From Desulfobacterales bacterium (GTDB lineage: Bacteria; Desulfobacterota; Desulfobacteria; Desulfobacterales; JAFDHS01), in the NCBI GenBank assembly GCA_030589165.1, contig JAUUWG010000003.1, forward strand, positions 1-45,841: a stretch of DNA of 45,841 nt, read 5' to 3'. The notes beneath the pieces were generated by a model, which worked only from the letters and a program-made list of their open reading frames with translations, was not told where the DNA came from and ran no database searches. Made by a program: the position numbers and the translations under genes. Position 1 is the first letter of the stretch; every line of letters begins with the position of its first letter. This document shows positions 30,060 through 39,743 of the stretch, in pieces.

Positions 30060-31322
30060 ATGAATCAAGAAAGAAAATGGGTTATGATCGCGGCGGTTTT
30101 ATTGGCATTCTCTAGTTTGTGTGCCGCCTCAACTGCATATGGTTCGGGATTCGGTATTTTTACGCAAGGGGCATCAGCCCTTGGCCAGGCAGATGCCGTT
30201 GTCGCTCACACCGATGAACCCTCGGCCATTTTTTTTAATCCCGCACTGATCAATGACCTTCCGGGCACACAGATGGAAATCGGGACGACATTGATATTTC
30301 CCTCCCGGGAATTCAAAAGCGATTTGACCGGAAGTACCTCCGAAGGGGAAGATACGATGTATTACCCTAGTACCTTTTTTCTTAGTCATTCATTTAATGA
30401 CAAGGTCAGCGCAGGACTTGGCGTCTTTAATCCTTTCGGCCTGGGAACCGAATGGGATGACGACTGGGAAGGACGGTATATAGCAACCAAATCGGAAATT
30501 ACAACCTACACTGTCAACCCCATTCTTTCATACCGGATAACCCCTCGTGTCTCATTTGCCGCCGGAGTTGATTTTCTTTGGTTTGATACAACACTGAAAA
30601 AACGAATAAGTTTGGCCGATTATGGTCTTCCTGATGCAGGACAAAAATTTTCAGGCGATGGTAACGGCATCGGATATAATCTCGGCATTCTTATAAACAT
30701 CAGCGATAACATTTCCCTGGGGGCTTCATACCGCAGTGAAATTGATGTCGATGTCGACGGGGATGCCTCTTTTAAACTCCCCTCCCCCCTGCTCAGCGGT
30801 GTATTCCCCAATACCGGAGGCGAAACGGATATCACGCTTCCACAGCAGGTTTTTGCCGGCATATCATACATAGCTTCCGATCAACTGACATTGGAAGCGG
30901 GCTTAAGATGGGAAGACTGGTCGTCGTTCAAAGAGCTTACAATAGATCTTGATCAGCCGATTGCAGGCCAAACATCTATTACGGAACCCAAAAACTGGGA
31001 TTCTACGTATGCTGTGAATATAGGGGCCAAATACAAATTAAATAAAGTTGTTTCACTTCTGGCCGGCTATCTGTATAGTGAAAACCCGGTACCTGATACG
31101 ACATTCGAACCCTCCGTCCCGGATTCCGATACTCATCTTTTCTGTGTTGGAACGGATATGAAATTCAAAAAATTCAAAATTGCCATGAGCTACGCGTACC
31201 AGCGACAGGAAGATAGGAATAAAAACAATTTCGTTGGAGGTAAAGACCCTTCACGTTCTGCTAACGGCAGATATGAAACGGAACTCCATCTGCTCGGTAT
31301 CAGTCTGGCTTACAGATTCTAA
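30060..31322 (+). CDS. OmpP1/FadL-family outer-membrane channel for hydrophobic molecules
   Basis: Signal peptide, hatch motif GF...QGASALGQA...AIFFNPA, PFGLGTEW, SYRS, PSVPDSD, C-terminal Phe. Confidence 0.92.
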   Translation: MNQERKWVMIAAVLLAFSSLCAASTAYGSGFGIFTQGASALGQADAVVAHTDEPSAIFFNPALINDLPGTQMEIGTTLIFPSREFKSDLTGSTSEGEDTMYYPSTFFLSHSFNDKVSAGLGVFNPFGLGTEWDDDWEGRYIATKSEITTYTVNPILSYRITPRVSFAAGVDFLWFDTTLKKRISLADYGLPDAGQKFSGDGNGIGYNLGILINISDNISLGASYRSEIDVDVDGDASFKLPSPLLSGVFPNTGGETDITLPQQVFAGISYIASDQLTLEAGLRWEDWSSFKELTIDLDQPIAGQTSITEPKNWDSTYAVNIGAKYKLNKVVSLLAGYLYSENPVPDTTFEPSVPDSDTHLFCVGTDMKFKKFKIAMSYAYQRQEDRNKNNFVGGKDPSRSANGRYETELHLLGISLAYRF

Positions 31323-31344
31323 GAGTCTGTTTGAAAAACAGGGG

Positions 31345-31403
31345 ATCGAAGCGACTCATTAACTTTCACTCATTTCTAACTTTTCCGGTTTATCCGGGTT
31401 AAG
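31345..31403. repeat. Half copy of the modular repeat
   Basis: CGAAGCGACTCATTAACTTT...CTTTTCCGGTTTATCCGGGTTAAG is similar to the reverse complement of 20983-21032. Confidence 0.65.
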
Positions 31404-31414
31404 AGATTTAGAAT

Positions 31415-32224
31415 ATGCACCATCAGGAATACTTAATGGAAAGTGACGAAGAAGCGCTTCGTCTTGACCTCAAAACAGACGGTAAAGTTGTCGAAAAACA
31501 GGCACTGTGGGCGGGCATAAAACCGGGGATGCGCGTAGCTGATATAGGCTGTGGTTCAGGGATAACCACTTTTTACCTGAACAAACTGGTCCAACCGAAC
31601 GGAAAGGCCGTCGGAGTGGATATCTCCAAAGAGAGAATCAGGCACGCAAAAAAAAATTACAGTGACACAGGAATAGAATTTACTTGTAAGAATTTTTATG
31701 ACCCTCTGGATAATATTGGAATGTTTGATTTTATATGGGTTCGTTTTGTTCTTGAGTACCATCATTCAAAAAGTTTTGATATCGTCAAAAACCTATCCAA
31801 TATTCTGAAACCCGGTGGAATTCTCTGTCTTATAGATTTGGACTATAACTGCCTGACCCATTACAACCTCTCTCAGAGACTTGAAAAAACTATTTATAAA
31901 ATAATAAACACTTTGGAAAAGAAGTTTGACTTTGATCCTTATACAGGAAGAAAACTCTACTCGTACCTTTATGATCTTGGCTACCGGAATATTGACGTAG
32001 ACCTTTCCCCGCATCATCTGATTTTTGGAGAATTAAAAGAAACCGACGCCTTCAACTGGACGAAGAAAGTGGAAATTGCGGCAAAAAATTCAGGATATCG
32101 GTTTGACGAATACGAAGGTAGCTATGAAGATTTTTTTGAAGAGTTTAAGCGCTTTTTTGCAGATCCAAGGCGATTTACCTATACGCCTGTCATCTCCTGC
32201 CGGGGGTGCAAGCCTGTAACGTAA
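31415..32224 (+). CDS. Class I SAM-dependent methyltransferase
   Basis: RVADIGCGSG, VGVDIS, FDFIWVRFVLEY, LKPGGILCLID. Confidence 0.9.
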   Translation: MHHQEYLMESDEEALRLDLKTDGKVVEKQALWAGIKPGMRVADIGCGSGITTFYLNKLVQPNGKAVGVDISKERIRHAKKNYSDTGIEFTCKNFYDPLDNIGMFDFIWVRFVLEYHHSKSFDIVKNLSNILKPGGILCLIDLDYNCLTHYNLSQRLEKTIYKIINTLEKKFDFDPYTGRKLYSYLYDLGYRNIDVDLSPHHLIFGELKETDAFNWTKKVEIAAKNSGYRFDEYEGSYEDFFEEFKRFFADPRRFTYTPVISCRGCKPVT

Positions 32225-34210
32225 TTACATTGACGAAACCATTTCCAGAGGCAGTTTATCTGCATGTGCCTTGGTATAGTAGTTGTAAAAAGCTTCAACA
32301 ATCTTTTCATCAAAGTGGATGCCGCTTTGCTTCCATATCAGCTCAAATGCTGCTTCAAGGGGCATCGGATCCCGATAGTGACGCTTGGCGGTGATGGCTT
32401 CAAAAACATCTGCCACGGCAATTATCCTGGCACCCAATGGTATCTCTTTACCCTTGAGGCCTTTCGGGTAACCGCTTCCGTCAATTTTTTCGTGGTGCGC
32501 ACCGGCAATTTCAGGAACCTGGCTGAAAATCCCTTCAAAATTGATCTGTTCCAGAATTTTCCTGGTTTTTTCGGCATGGGTTTTTACGATTTCGTACTCT
32601 TCTTCCGTCAGTTTTCCCGGTTTTTTCAAAATTGCATCCGGAACCCCTATTTTACCATAATCGTGGAGCAATGCCGCCACCCGGATCATTTCACTCTCAT
32701 CCTCGGGAAGCCCCAATTCATTACATATTCCTAAGGTGTATTCAGTGACCTTTTGAGAATGGCCTGCTGTCAGAGGATCCCTGGCATCGATACTGGCGGC
32801 CAGAACTTCTAAAATTGATCTGAATTGCCGCTCCCTGGCTTCCAGGAGTTCTCCATTGCGGATACTGATCCCTATAGTAGGCGCTATCCCCATCAATAAA
32901 CTCAAGTCGCTCTGGAGTAGTGGTCTTTTTGATTTCAGATTGTCTACCACAAGAACCCCAATCGACTCTCCATCACAGATAATTGGACAACAGACAAACG
33001 ATTGAGTTCCCAGTTTCTTTGCAAACACCAGACTCCGCAGTGAAAGATCATTTTCTATCTCTTCAATGTTATTTATCAAAAACGGCTTCTGTTCCCGAAA
33101 TGAAACAACAAAAACCCCTTTTGATTCCGGCCTGTCCAAATGGAAAGCCATCTTTTTGAGAAACCTGAGCTGATCGTCCGTATAGCCGTACCCCACCCGG
33201 AACATCAGCTTGGTTTTTTCCGAATTTGCCAAAAGAATCATGCCCCGGTCATAATCGAGCCGATTCCGTGAAATCTGAATAACATTTGCTAAAATATCTT
33301 CGATACTTGTTTGCCTGCTGATAGCCTGTCCTATCTCATTGGTCATAAGAGCATTATTATAGTTAATTTTGATGTGTTCAAGCAGCTCGTCAGATGCCCC
33401 CATGAGGTTGTCCAGACTGGCTTTCAACTCCTTGTTTTCCATGCTTACGCCAATTAAGATCAATCCAAGAACAATAATGATTGAAACCGGCAAAAAGATC
33501 TTCAGTATAACAAATGGAGAGATAAAGATGGAAATCAGGCAAGTCAAAAAAAGAAACAACGCAGTGTAATTTGTTATTTTCTTCCATAAAAAAGAAAACG
33601 GGTTTTCCCAGGAAATTATGTAACGGCAGATATTTCCGCCTTTGAACATGCATTCCGGATGTTCAATTCGTGGCGGAGTGTTGGTAAAAATCATTGAAGC
33701 AGCATCAAAAAATCCCATTCTGTTTTCACATTGAAAAAGTCTTTCAATAACTCCCTCATTCGGTGTAACGGTAATCTCAACCTTATTGGAAGTTATTTTC
33801 CTTGATTTACAAATTGATGATTTAGTGAAATTAGAAGTTGCTTTTCCTATTGTTTCATATACATTCGCCGGGCTCATCATACCCAGAATGTACTGCCTCA
33901 TTACCCCTATAGCTTCGGGGGAAGCCGCGTATCGGCCTGCCTCCCGGGCAATGTTCTTATTACCGGTTACCTGTACAAGCCTTTCGTAAAACAGATTTAT
34001 CTGTTCCTGGGTAAACCAGTGCCCCTGATCGGCAACCTCGTATGGCTTCATTTTGGCGGAACTTAATAATTCGGTTATGTTTACATGGCTGTATTTTCTT
34101 TTAATAAGCTTAATATACGTATCTATTATTCTGCTGCTATACAGGGGGATGTTTTCTTTATCAGACAGTATCTTCACGGCAGTACCTGAAAAAATTACAA
34201 AAAAATTCAA
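32225..34210 (-). CDS. Membrane-anchored HD-GYP cyclic-dinucleotide phosphodiesterase with V4R-like N-terminal and GAF domains
   Basis: DARDPLTAGHS, LLHDYGKIG, HHEKIDGSGYP, ARIIAVADVF; GAF segment (CCPII...IGVLVVDN); two hydrophobic helices; N-terminal CENRMG...IEHPECMFKGGNICRY. The start codon is uncertain. Confidence 0.88.
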   Translation of the reverse strand: MNFFVIFSGTAVKILSDKENIPLYSSRIIDTYIKLIKRKYSHVNITELLSSAKMKPYEVADQGHWFTQEQINLFYERLVQVTGNKNIAREAGRYAASPEAIGVMRQYILGMMSPANVYETIGKATSNFTKSSICKSRKITSNKVEITVTPNEGVIERLFQCENRMGFFDAASMIFTNTPPRIEHPECMFKGGNICRYIISWENPFSFLWKKITNYTALFLFLTCLISIFISPFVILKIFLPVSIIIVLGLILIGVSMENKELKASLDNLMGASDELLEHIKINYNNALMTNEIGQAISRQTSIEDILANVIQISRNRLDYDRGMILLANSEKTKLMFRVGYGYTDDQLRFLKKMAFHLDRPESKGVFVVSFREQKPFLINNIEEIENDLSLRSLVFAKKLGTQSFVCCPIICDGESIGVLVVDNLKSKRPLLQSDLSLLMGIAPTIGISIRNGELLEARERQFRSILEVLAASIDARDPLTAGHSQKVTEYTLGICNELGLPEDESEMIRVAALLHDYGKIGVPDAILKKPGKLTEEEYEIVKTHAEKTRKILEQINFEGIFSQVPEIAGAHHEKIDGSGYPKGLKGKEIPLGARIIAVADVFEAITAKRHYRDPMPLEAAFELIWKQSGIHFDEKIVEAFYNYYTKAHADKLPLEMVSSM

Positions 34211-34235
34211 GGTTGAATTGAATTAAAAAAAATCT

Positions 34236-36302
34236 TTAAAAGTCAAGTTCCATTTTCCGAAAACCCGAGAATTTAATCATATGTTTAAGGCATCTGAAAT
34301 AATGATCCGTATACTGCATATCCAAAACCCACAGGTTATATATTTTTTCATGAGATAGTGACAGATTCTCTGCATAAGTTGCAGGATATAAAAGCACGGG
34401 CATTTCATCCTCCTCGATTTTTTCAGAAACGGCTGAGAGTATCAACTGAAGGGTATCACCGGAAAGCTCCTCCGGATTCAGGACAAAAACATTGATGCAA
34501 TTGGTCAGATCAGACATGTTCAAGCCGATATCCGAGATATTTACCATGATGATGGCCTTAAGACTGCCGTTCTCTTTCAATGAGAAAAGATGTCTTTCCC
34601 GTTTAAAACCCAACCGTTGATATTCCTTTGAGATTTCATCCAGGTCAAGCATGTCCGGCTCCAGATTGAGGGCCCGAATCATAAGCCCTCCCGAATGATG
34701 CTCGTAAAAACTTTCCAGTTCCTGGAGGTCTTCGGACCGGGTTTCAGTCAATCTCCACAGCCCTGGCATATCCGCTTTACTACGAAGTATTCTTCGAAAA
34801 TTAAAATAGACAAAGGTATCAATAGAAGATCCCTTTGCATTTTTTATATTTTGGGTAACCGTTCCAAAAACACGGCTGGGGAATTTATTATCAGGCCTGA
34901 AAAAACAGAAAACAAAATCCATATGCATGGAAAAAAGACGATGGGAATCATTTATAAACCCTCCCATCTGGTTCAACACAACCAGTCCGGCCTTGTGGCA
35001 GACGGAGCTTCTGGCGGCATGGTGATGAAGAAGCCATGAATTTTGATAAAAACGTACCATTGCCATATGTCCCAAAATACAACCTTTATCCTGATATATG
35101 AAATGTCTGGCGATGTTCGGATTCTGGGTGTAAAGTTTTTCATAGGTTTTTTTGATTTCCTCTTTGTTTTTCTGAATATACGAATATTTTTCCGGATAAA
35201 TAAAACCTGTTTCAAAAAAGAAATTCCACAGATCGTCCAGATCCACCTTGTTGCAGATGTAAGAATTCCTGTTTTTTACCTGATCCAGAAGACTTAGAAG
35301 CCTGACATGATCCTGAATGTCCATATCAAGAATAAACAGACCGCATTTTACCAAATTGTTTTCTTCCCCTTCACCGCAACTCCGACAAACAACCTGAGCC
35401 TTGCATTTGATCTCGAAGCTGTTCGCAAAGCTCAGCGCCAACTCGGGTATGATCATGCCCGCTAAAAGAACGGCGTTGTTCTCGTCTTCTTCTACCGAAA
35501 AACCAGAACCAGACAGCTCGAGAACCTTCAGGTTAACCATCTTTATAGTAAAAGGGTGTACAAAAATAATATTTGGCGAAGGGATCAGTTTATGTCGTGT
35601 ACTGCGGAATTGCTTGGGTTTAAACCTTTGTATCTCATGACATAAAGGTTCCAGTACATAGTCTCGCGTTTTCTGTGAAGAAGTTTGCCTGACTATCCTG
35701 CATTCTCCGGAATAAAGCGTCTCAGAGCCATCAGAAAAAACGAGGTTTACCGGGAATTCAGGATTAATCCACTGAAATGTCTGGGGGGGAGCTGTCGATA
35801 GTTCGATACGGAAGGAAACGGCGCTAAAATCTATGAGAACGCCATAAAACGACACGCTGTTTTGAAACAAAGATACATTTATGCCTTTGCATAAATGCCT
35901 TTTCACTTTTCGGGAACTGATTTCGTAGCATTTTTCCGGGAGATTGAGGCTGATGCCCTTCGCGCTTATGCTTTTCATTTCAGCCTTCACCAAAAGAAGA
36001 TTTTGGCCGTCGTTGACGAGAAGATTTTGGAATTCATACGATTTCAGTTTCTGATCAAGCCCGTCGGTTTCTATCCAGACACATTCCAAGCAGTCGTCGT
36101 GACAGGGCTGCAATTCGGCATGGAGAGAAATTGTGTTGTTATATTTTTTGTGTTTGAGGTTTATGAGGACAGTGCCGTCCTGGAAATTAATGTAGTTTAG
36201 TTTATTGATTAAATTTTTTTTACTGACCGACTTCCTTGTTTCCTGTTCACTCTCTTTGTTGATTGTGCTGATAACTTGAGGAATTCCCTGCCTGTCCCAC
36301 AT
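34236..36302 (-). CDS. Tandem-PilZ-domain protein with a C-terminal acyltransferase (GNAT)-like region
   Basis: RKVKR...DFSAVSF and RSTRH...ELSGSGF PilZ-type motifs. C-terminal LWNFFFETGFIYP...ILGHMAMVRFYQNSWLLHHHAA region; the GNAT assignment is tentative. AGAGG RBS. Confidence 0.72.
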   Translation of the reverse strand: MWDRQGIPQVISTINKESEQETRKSVSKKNLINKLNYINFQDGTVLINLKHKKYNNTISLHAELQPCHDDCLECVWIETDGLDQKLKSYEFQNLLVNDGQNLLLVKAEMKSISAKGISLNLPEKCYEISSRKVKRHLCKGINVSLFQNSVSFYGVLIDFSAVSFRIELSTAPPQTFQWINPEFPVNLVFSDGSETLYSGECRIVRQTSSQKTRDYVLEPLCHEIQRFKPKQFRSTRHKLIPSPNIIFVHPFTIKMVNLKVLELSGSGFSVEEDENNAVLLAGMIIPELALSFANSFEIKCKAQVVCRSCGEGEENNLVKCGLFILDMDIQDHVRLLSLLDQVKNRNSYICNKVDLDDLWNFFFETGFIYPEKYSYIQKNKEEIKKTYEKLYTQNPNIARHFIYQDKGCILGHMAMVRFYQNSWLLHHHAARSSVCHKAGLVVLNQMGGFINDSHRLFSMHMDFVFCFFRPDNKFPSRVFGTVTQNIKNAKGSSIDTFVYFNFRRILRSKADMPGLWRLTETRSEDLQELESFYEHHSGGLMIRALNLEPDMLDLDEISKEYQRLGFKRERHLFSLKENGSLKAIIMVNISDIGLNMSDLTNCINVFVLNPEELSGDTLQLILSAVSEKIEEDEMPVLLYPATYAENLSLSHEKIYNLWVLDMQYTDHYFRCLKHMIKFSGFRKMELDF

Positions 36303-36744
36303 CTTTTTACCTCTTTAGTTAAAGAATATCGACTTGCTTTTGGCTTGTGCGTTTTGATTTTGGACATTTGCTGAGGAGTTGTTGAAAAATGCCTAACATT
36401 CTGGTTGCAATGGATTTGAATTGATCCCAGCGCAATAGTAAATATTTTATCTCTGGAAAAAGCCGCAACTGTTTTTAGTCCCTTATATGAAAGCCCATAA
36501 AGTGCATAGGTAAGGTATTAAGTCATTTTAACCAGACTATGAGCGACTTCTCAATAAGTCCGGGCGGCTCAAATTAAAGGAGTAGAATGAAAAACAATTA
36601 CTCGAATACAGTTGAGATAGTTAAAAATTTAATAAAATGCAACTCCAAATCGAAGACAAAGAAAAAAAGTCGGCATTCATCACATGTTAGAATTAAATTG
36701 CCCGAGATTATTAAAAACTTGTCTGCGCGCCTTACTTATTTCGT

Positions 36745-36773
36745 TTGACACCCAACATGCTATTACTTATATT
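36745..36773 (+). promoter_or_regulatory. Sigma-70-type promoter for the TAXI-fusion/DUF2491/pspA-like cluster
   Basis: TTGACA-N17-TATATT, about 110 bp upstream of the 36882 start. Confidence 0.65.
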
Positions 36774-36881
36774 TATTCAAACAATCGGCTTTTCGGCGCC
36801 TTAACATAATAAAATTTTGCGTTCGGTAAAAACATCAAAGCAAACAGAAAGGAGAACACCTTTCATCATTAAGGAAATATA

Positions 36882-38630
36882 ATGAAAAAAAAGATCGTTA
36901 TTTGTCTTGCCGTCTTACTGAGTTCAGCTCTTTTAGTTAGTGATTATATTTTGACAACTGAAGATGCCTGGGCCGGCCGTTCCCGGTCAAGTTTCAGTAG
37001 ATCCGGCTCATCCTTCAGCCGATTGAGTCCCAGCAGAAGCGTCTGGGGCAGCAGGAGTGGAGGAGGAATATTCAAAAAAACATCCAGCTCGTCAGGATAC
37101 GCAAAGCCCTCATCTTCAAAAAAATCCTATAAATACGCCAAGCCCAAGTCTGCCGTTCCAGGTTCCACCTCGTCCAAGAAATACAAAAAACCCGATAAAG
37201 CCGCATCTTCTGGTTCAGGCGGTTACGCAAAACCGAAAAAATCTTACACGGCATCGTCGTTTTCTGGAACAAAATACGACCGAAAAAAAATAAAAAAAAT
37301 CCGGAAGACCAAATCCGCTCAATCTTTAAAGGCCTATAAGGCGGAAAAGGCTAAATATAAAAAATCCGCATCCAAACCGGATCCGAAACAGTTCAGATCG
37401 AGTCCCATATACAATAAAACCCAAAGATACGGGTCCTTTGATTACAACGATCACTATACCCGACGAAACGGTTATTACCATGGTATGGGCTGGTCCATGC
37501 CTTCCTACGGCTATCTTTCCAGACCCGGTTTCGGTATGTGGGACGTTATGTTCTGGTGGATGATTCTGGATCATGTCGGAAACCGCAATTATGCCGCGAC
37601 CGCATATCACCATTCAAATGATCCGGGCTATAAGGAATGGCGGGCCGAAGCCGAAAGACTTGCCGAAGATAATGCTCAGATCAGGGAGAAACTGAAAAAA
37701 CTCGATCAGGAAACCGCATCCATGCGAACTCCCCGTGATCCGGGTTATCTACCTTCAGGCGTTCCAGCCGAAGTCGCCCTTGCGGCCGATGTCATGGCCT
37801 CAAAAAAATCCGAACGTCCCCTACTCCGTATGGCAACCGCTTCAAAAACCGGAAATTATAATTATTTCGGAACGAAACTGGCCGGGTATGCCGAAGGCGT
37901 AAACGTTGAACTCCGCAACAGCAACGGCTCCATGGAAAATCTGCGGCTTCTGATGAATGATGAAGTAGACGCAGCCCTGATCCAATCCGACGCCTTTGCC
38001 GTATATCAAAAAAAGTTTCCGAATTCACACCTTATATCCGAACAAACCGTTTTGTACAAGGAAGCCGTACAGATGATTGCAAACAAAAAATCAGGTATCA
38101 AGTACGTCGATGATATCGATCCGGACAGACATTTCCTTATTGTGGGTCCCAAAGGCTCAGGGACGGCATTGACATGGGAAGCATTTTGCATGGAGGACTC
38201 CGGTTATCGAAAAATAAGAACCATGAACATGGCCTACCCAAAAGCCTTAAAAGAGGTCGAAAAAAATCCTGACGCGGTTATGATGTTTGTTTCCGGGCTA
38301 AACAGTCCGCTCCTCAAAGAGGCCGAAAAAATGGCCGGTGAAACGAGTAACCTTCGTCTGGTTGCAGTGGACGACTGGGATTTCAACGATACATTGGATC
38401 AAAATGGAAACAGGGTCTATACATTCACCACTATCCCCACATCGATTTATCCGAATTTGCAAAAAGGATTTATTTTCGACAGAGATATTGAAACTCTTGC
38501 CGTCGATTCGGTACTTGTGGTCCGTACCGACTGGGTCGAAAAATACGGTGTCGAAGCAATGGACGCCTTGTCTTTTGCCGTTATGGAAACCCAGCCTCAT
38601 GTGGCTCGCCGGGTCCAGGGGCTGGAATAA
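36882..38630 (+). CDS. Secreted fusion: Ser/Lys-rich low-complexity region, aromatic/hydrophobic segment, coiled coil and TAXI-type solute-binding domain
   Basis: Signal peptide ending AWA; YAKP-type repeats; FGMWDVMFWWMILDH. From about residue 311, TAXI motifs LRMATASKTGNY, SNGSMENLRLL, DAALIQSD, LYKEAVQMIA, VGPKGSGT. Confidence 0.8.
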   Translation: MKKKIVICLAVLLSSALLVSDYILTTEDAWAGRSRSSFSRSGSSFSRLSPSRSVWGSRSGGGIFKKTSSSSGYAKPSSSKKSYKYAKPKSAVPGSTSSKKYKKPDKAASSGSGGYAKPKKSYTASSFSGTKYDRKKIKKIRKTKSAQSLKAYKAEKAKYKKSASKPDPKQFRSSPIYNKTQRYGSFDYNDHYTRRNGYYHGMGWSMPSYGYLSRPGFGMWDVMFWWMILDHVGNRNYAATAYHHSNDPGYKEWRAEAERLAEDNAQIREKLKKLDQETASMRTPRDPGYLPSGVPAEVALAADVMASKKSERPLLRMATASKTGNYNYFGTKLAGYAEGVNVELRNSNGSMENLRLLMNDEVDAALIQSDAFAVYQKKFPNSHLISEQTVLYKEAVQMIANKKSGIKYVDDIDPDRHFLIVGPKGSGTALTWEAFCMEDSGYRKIRTMNMAYPKALKEVEKNPDAVMMFVSGLNSPLLKEAEKMAGETSNLRLVAVDDWDFNDTLDQNGNRVYTFTTIPTSIYPNLQKGFIFDRDIETLAVDSVLVVRTDWVEKYGVEAMDALSFAVMETQPHVARRVQGLE

Positions 38631-38730
38631 TTAATTAATGCCCGCCCGGAAAGGGAATGGGCATCATTGATGACAAAAGATACAAGGGCACTCAATGTAA
38701 CAACATAATTATAATAATCGGAGTAGATGA

Positions 38731-39450
38731 ATGAATAGCTCGTGGCGGATATTCAAGGCAGTAGCCGCTAAAAAAGCCGAAGGTGTCAAGGATCTTTTTA
38801 AGCGGGAAAAAACAGCAAAACCTGTTGATCGGGATCTTCCCTTAGGCCTTCACATCAACGGGAAAATACTTTTGGATCAAACACCTTTTCTCCTCTGGGA
38901 AGATAAGATGACCGTGGTGTTTCCGGGCAAAGCGCAGCAGGTTGCGGCTTACGGAAAGGCAACGATCGGGGATTCGTATCTGCACAGATTTTACCTTGTC
39001 TCAGATGATGGTCGAAACGAAGAGTCCATGCTCCAGATTACCTGTGATATGAAAAACGATATCCGGGAATGCCGGCTCTTTCGATCCATGGATGAAGTTG
39101 TGCCGGAAAGCCAAGAGGATTGGGATTTCTGGTTGAGCGAAGAAGACGGATCTATAGGCTGGCAGGCCTTCGAGAGCAAAGAAGGGGTTTTATACGATCG
39201 AGCCTGGGATGACAGCGCGGATGACCATGTTCTTCCGATTGGGTTTGAAGAAACAGTCTATGCGGACAGCGCGGGCGAAGATAATCTCAAAATCTCCCAC
39301 GACGCCATGCTTTACGGCAGGTGGATCAACAAAGACGATGAAACTGCAGAATATATCCTCCTTTCGGCAGAAGACCATGGTGATACTGCCTTTGTTCATA
39401 TAATGGCCGGAATCGATATTAATCCCGCATCGATAAAGACGGTCTACTAA
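38731..39450 (+). CDS. DUF2491 (YjfK-like) family protein
   Basis: LPLGLHING, AYG...IGDSYLHRFY, LQI, LF....EVVP...W..WL....IG, YDRAW, H.AMLY.R, EYILLSAE, GIDI.P motifs recognised by eye; GGAG RBS. Confidence 0.75.
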   Translation: MNSSWRIFKAVAAKKAEGVKDLFKREKTAKPVDRDLPLGLHINGKILLDQTPFLLWEDKMTVVFPGKAQQVAAYGKATIGDSYLHRFYLVSDDGRNEESMLQITCDMKNDIRECRLFRSMDEVVPESQEDWDFWLSEEDGSIGWQAFESKEGVLYDRAWDDSADDHVLPIGFEETVYADSAGEDNLKISHDAMLYGRWINKDDETAEYILLSAEDHGDTAFVHIMAGIDINPASIKTVY

Positions 39451-39619
39451 ATTCCTTGATTTATAACGTATTCGATCAGTAAAAAACATCTCTTGGATGT
39501 TTGTATTGTCTTTAATGTTGCGTTTAGATATTCAAATTTTATAAATCAGCCTGTTCGGTTCCGACTTGTCCGGTCGGGATATGACTTGAAATGATCAAAT
39601 AACAATATTAAAGTTGTTT

Positions 39620-39743
39620 GCCACAAAGTCACTAAAGCACAAAGTAATTCTTTTCTTTTTTTCTCTTCGTGTCTTAGGGTCTTAGTGGCGGAAAGAATTA
39701 TTTTTTACCATAGAAAGCACAAATTTCAGAATTAAGATACTAA
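39620..39743. repeat. GCCAC...GTGGC inverted repeat plus CAGAATTAAGATACTAA module
   Basis: GCCACAAAGTCACTAAAGCACAAAG pairs with CTTCGTGTCTTAGGGTCTTAGTGGC; a half copy lies at about 6983-7008; the 3' module matches 21132-21166. Confidence 0.7.

Noticed and set aside
36375-36561. Degenerate inverted repeats (GGAGTTGTTGAAAAA / TTCTCAATAAGTCC) as an IS-derived MITE
   Set aside because: There are several mismatches, no second copy in the window and no clear target duplication. It remains possible but unsupported.
36882-38630. A conventional TRAP/TAXI transporter operon
   Set aside because: No DctQ/DctM or fused 4TM/12TM permease lies nearby, and the binding domain carries a ~310-residue unrelated N-terminal extension.
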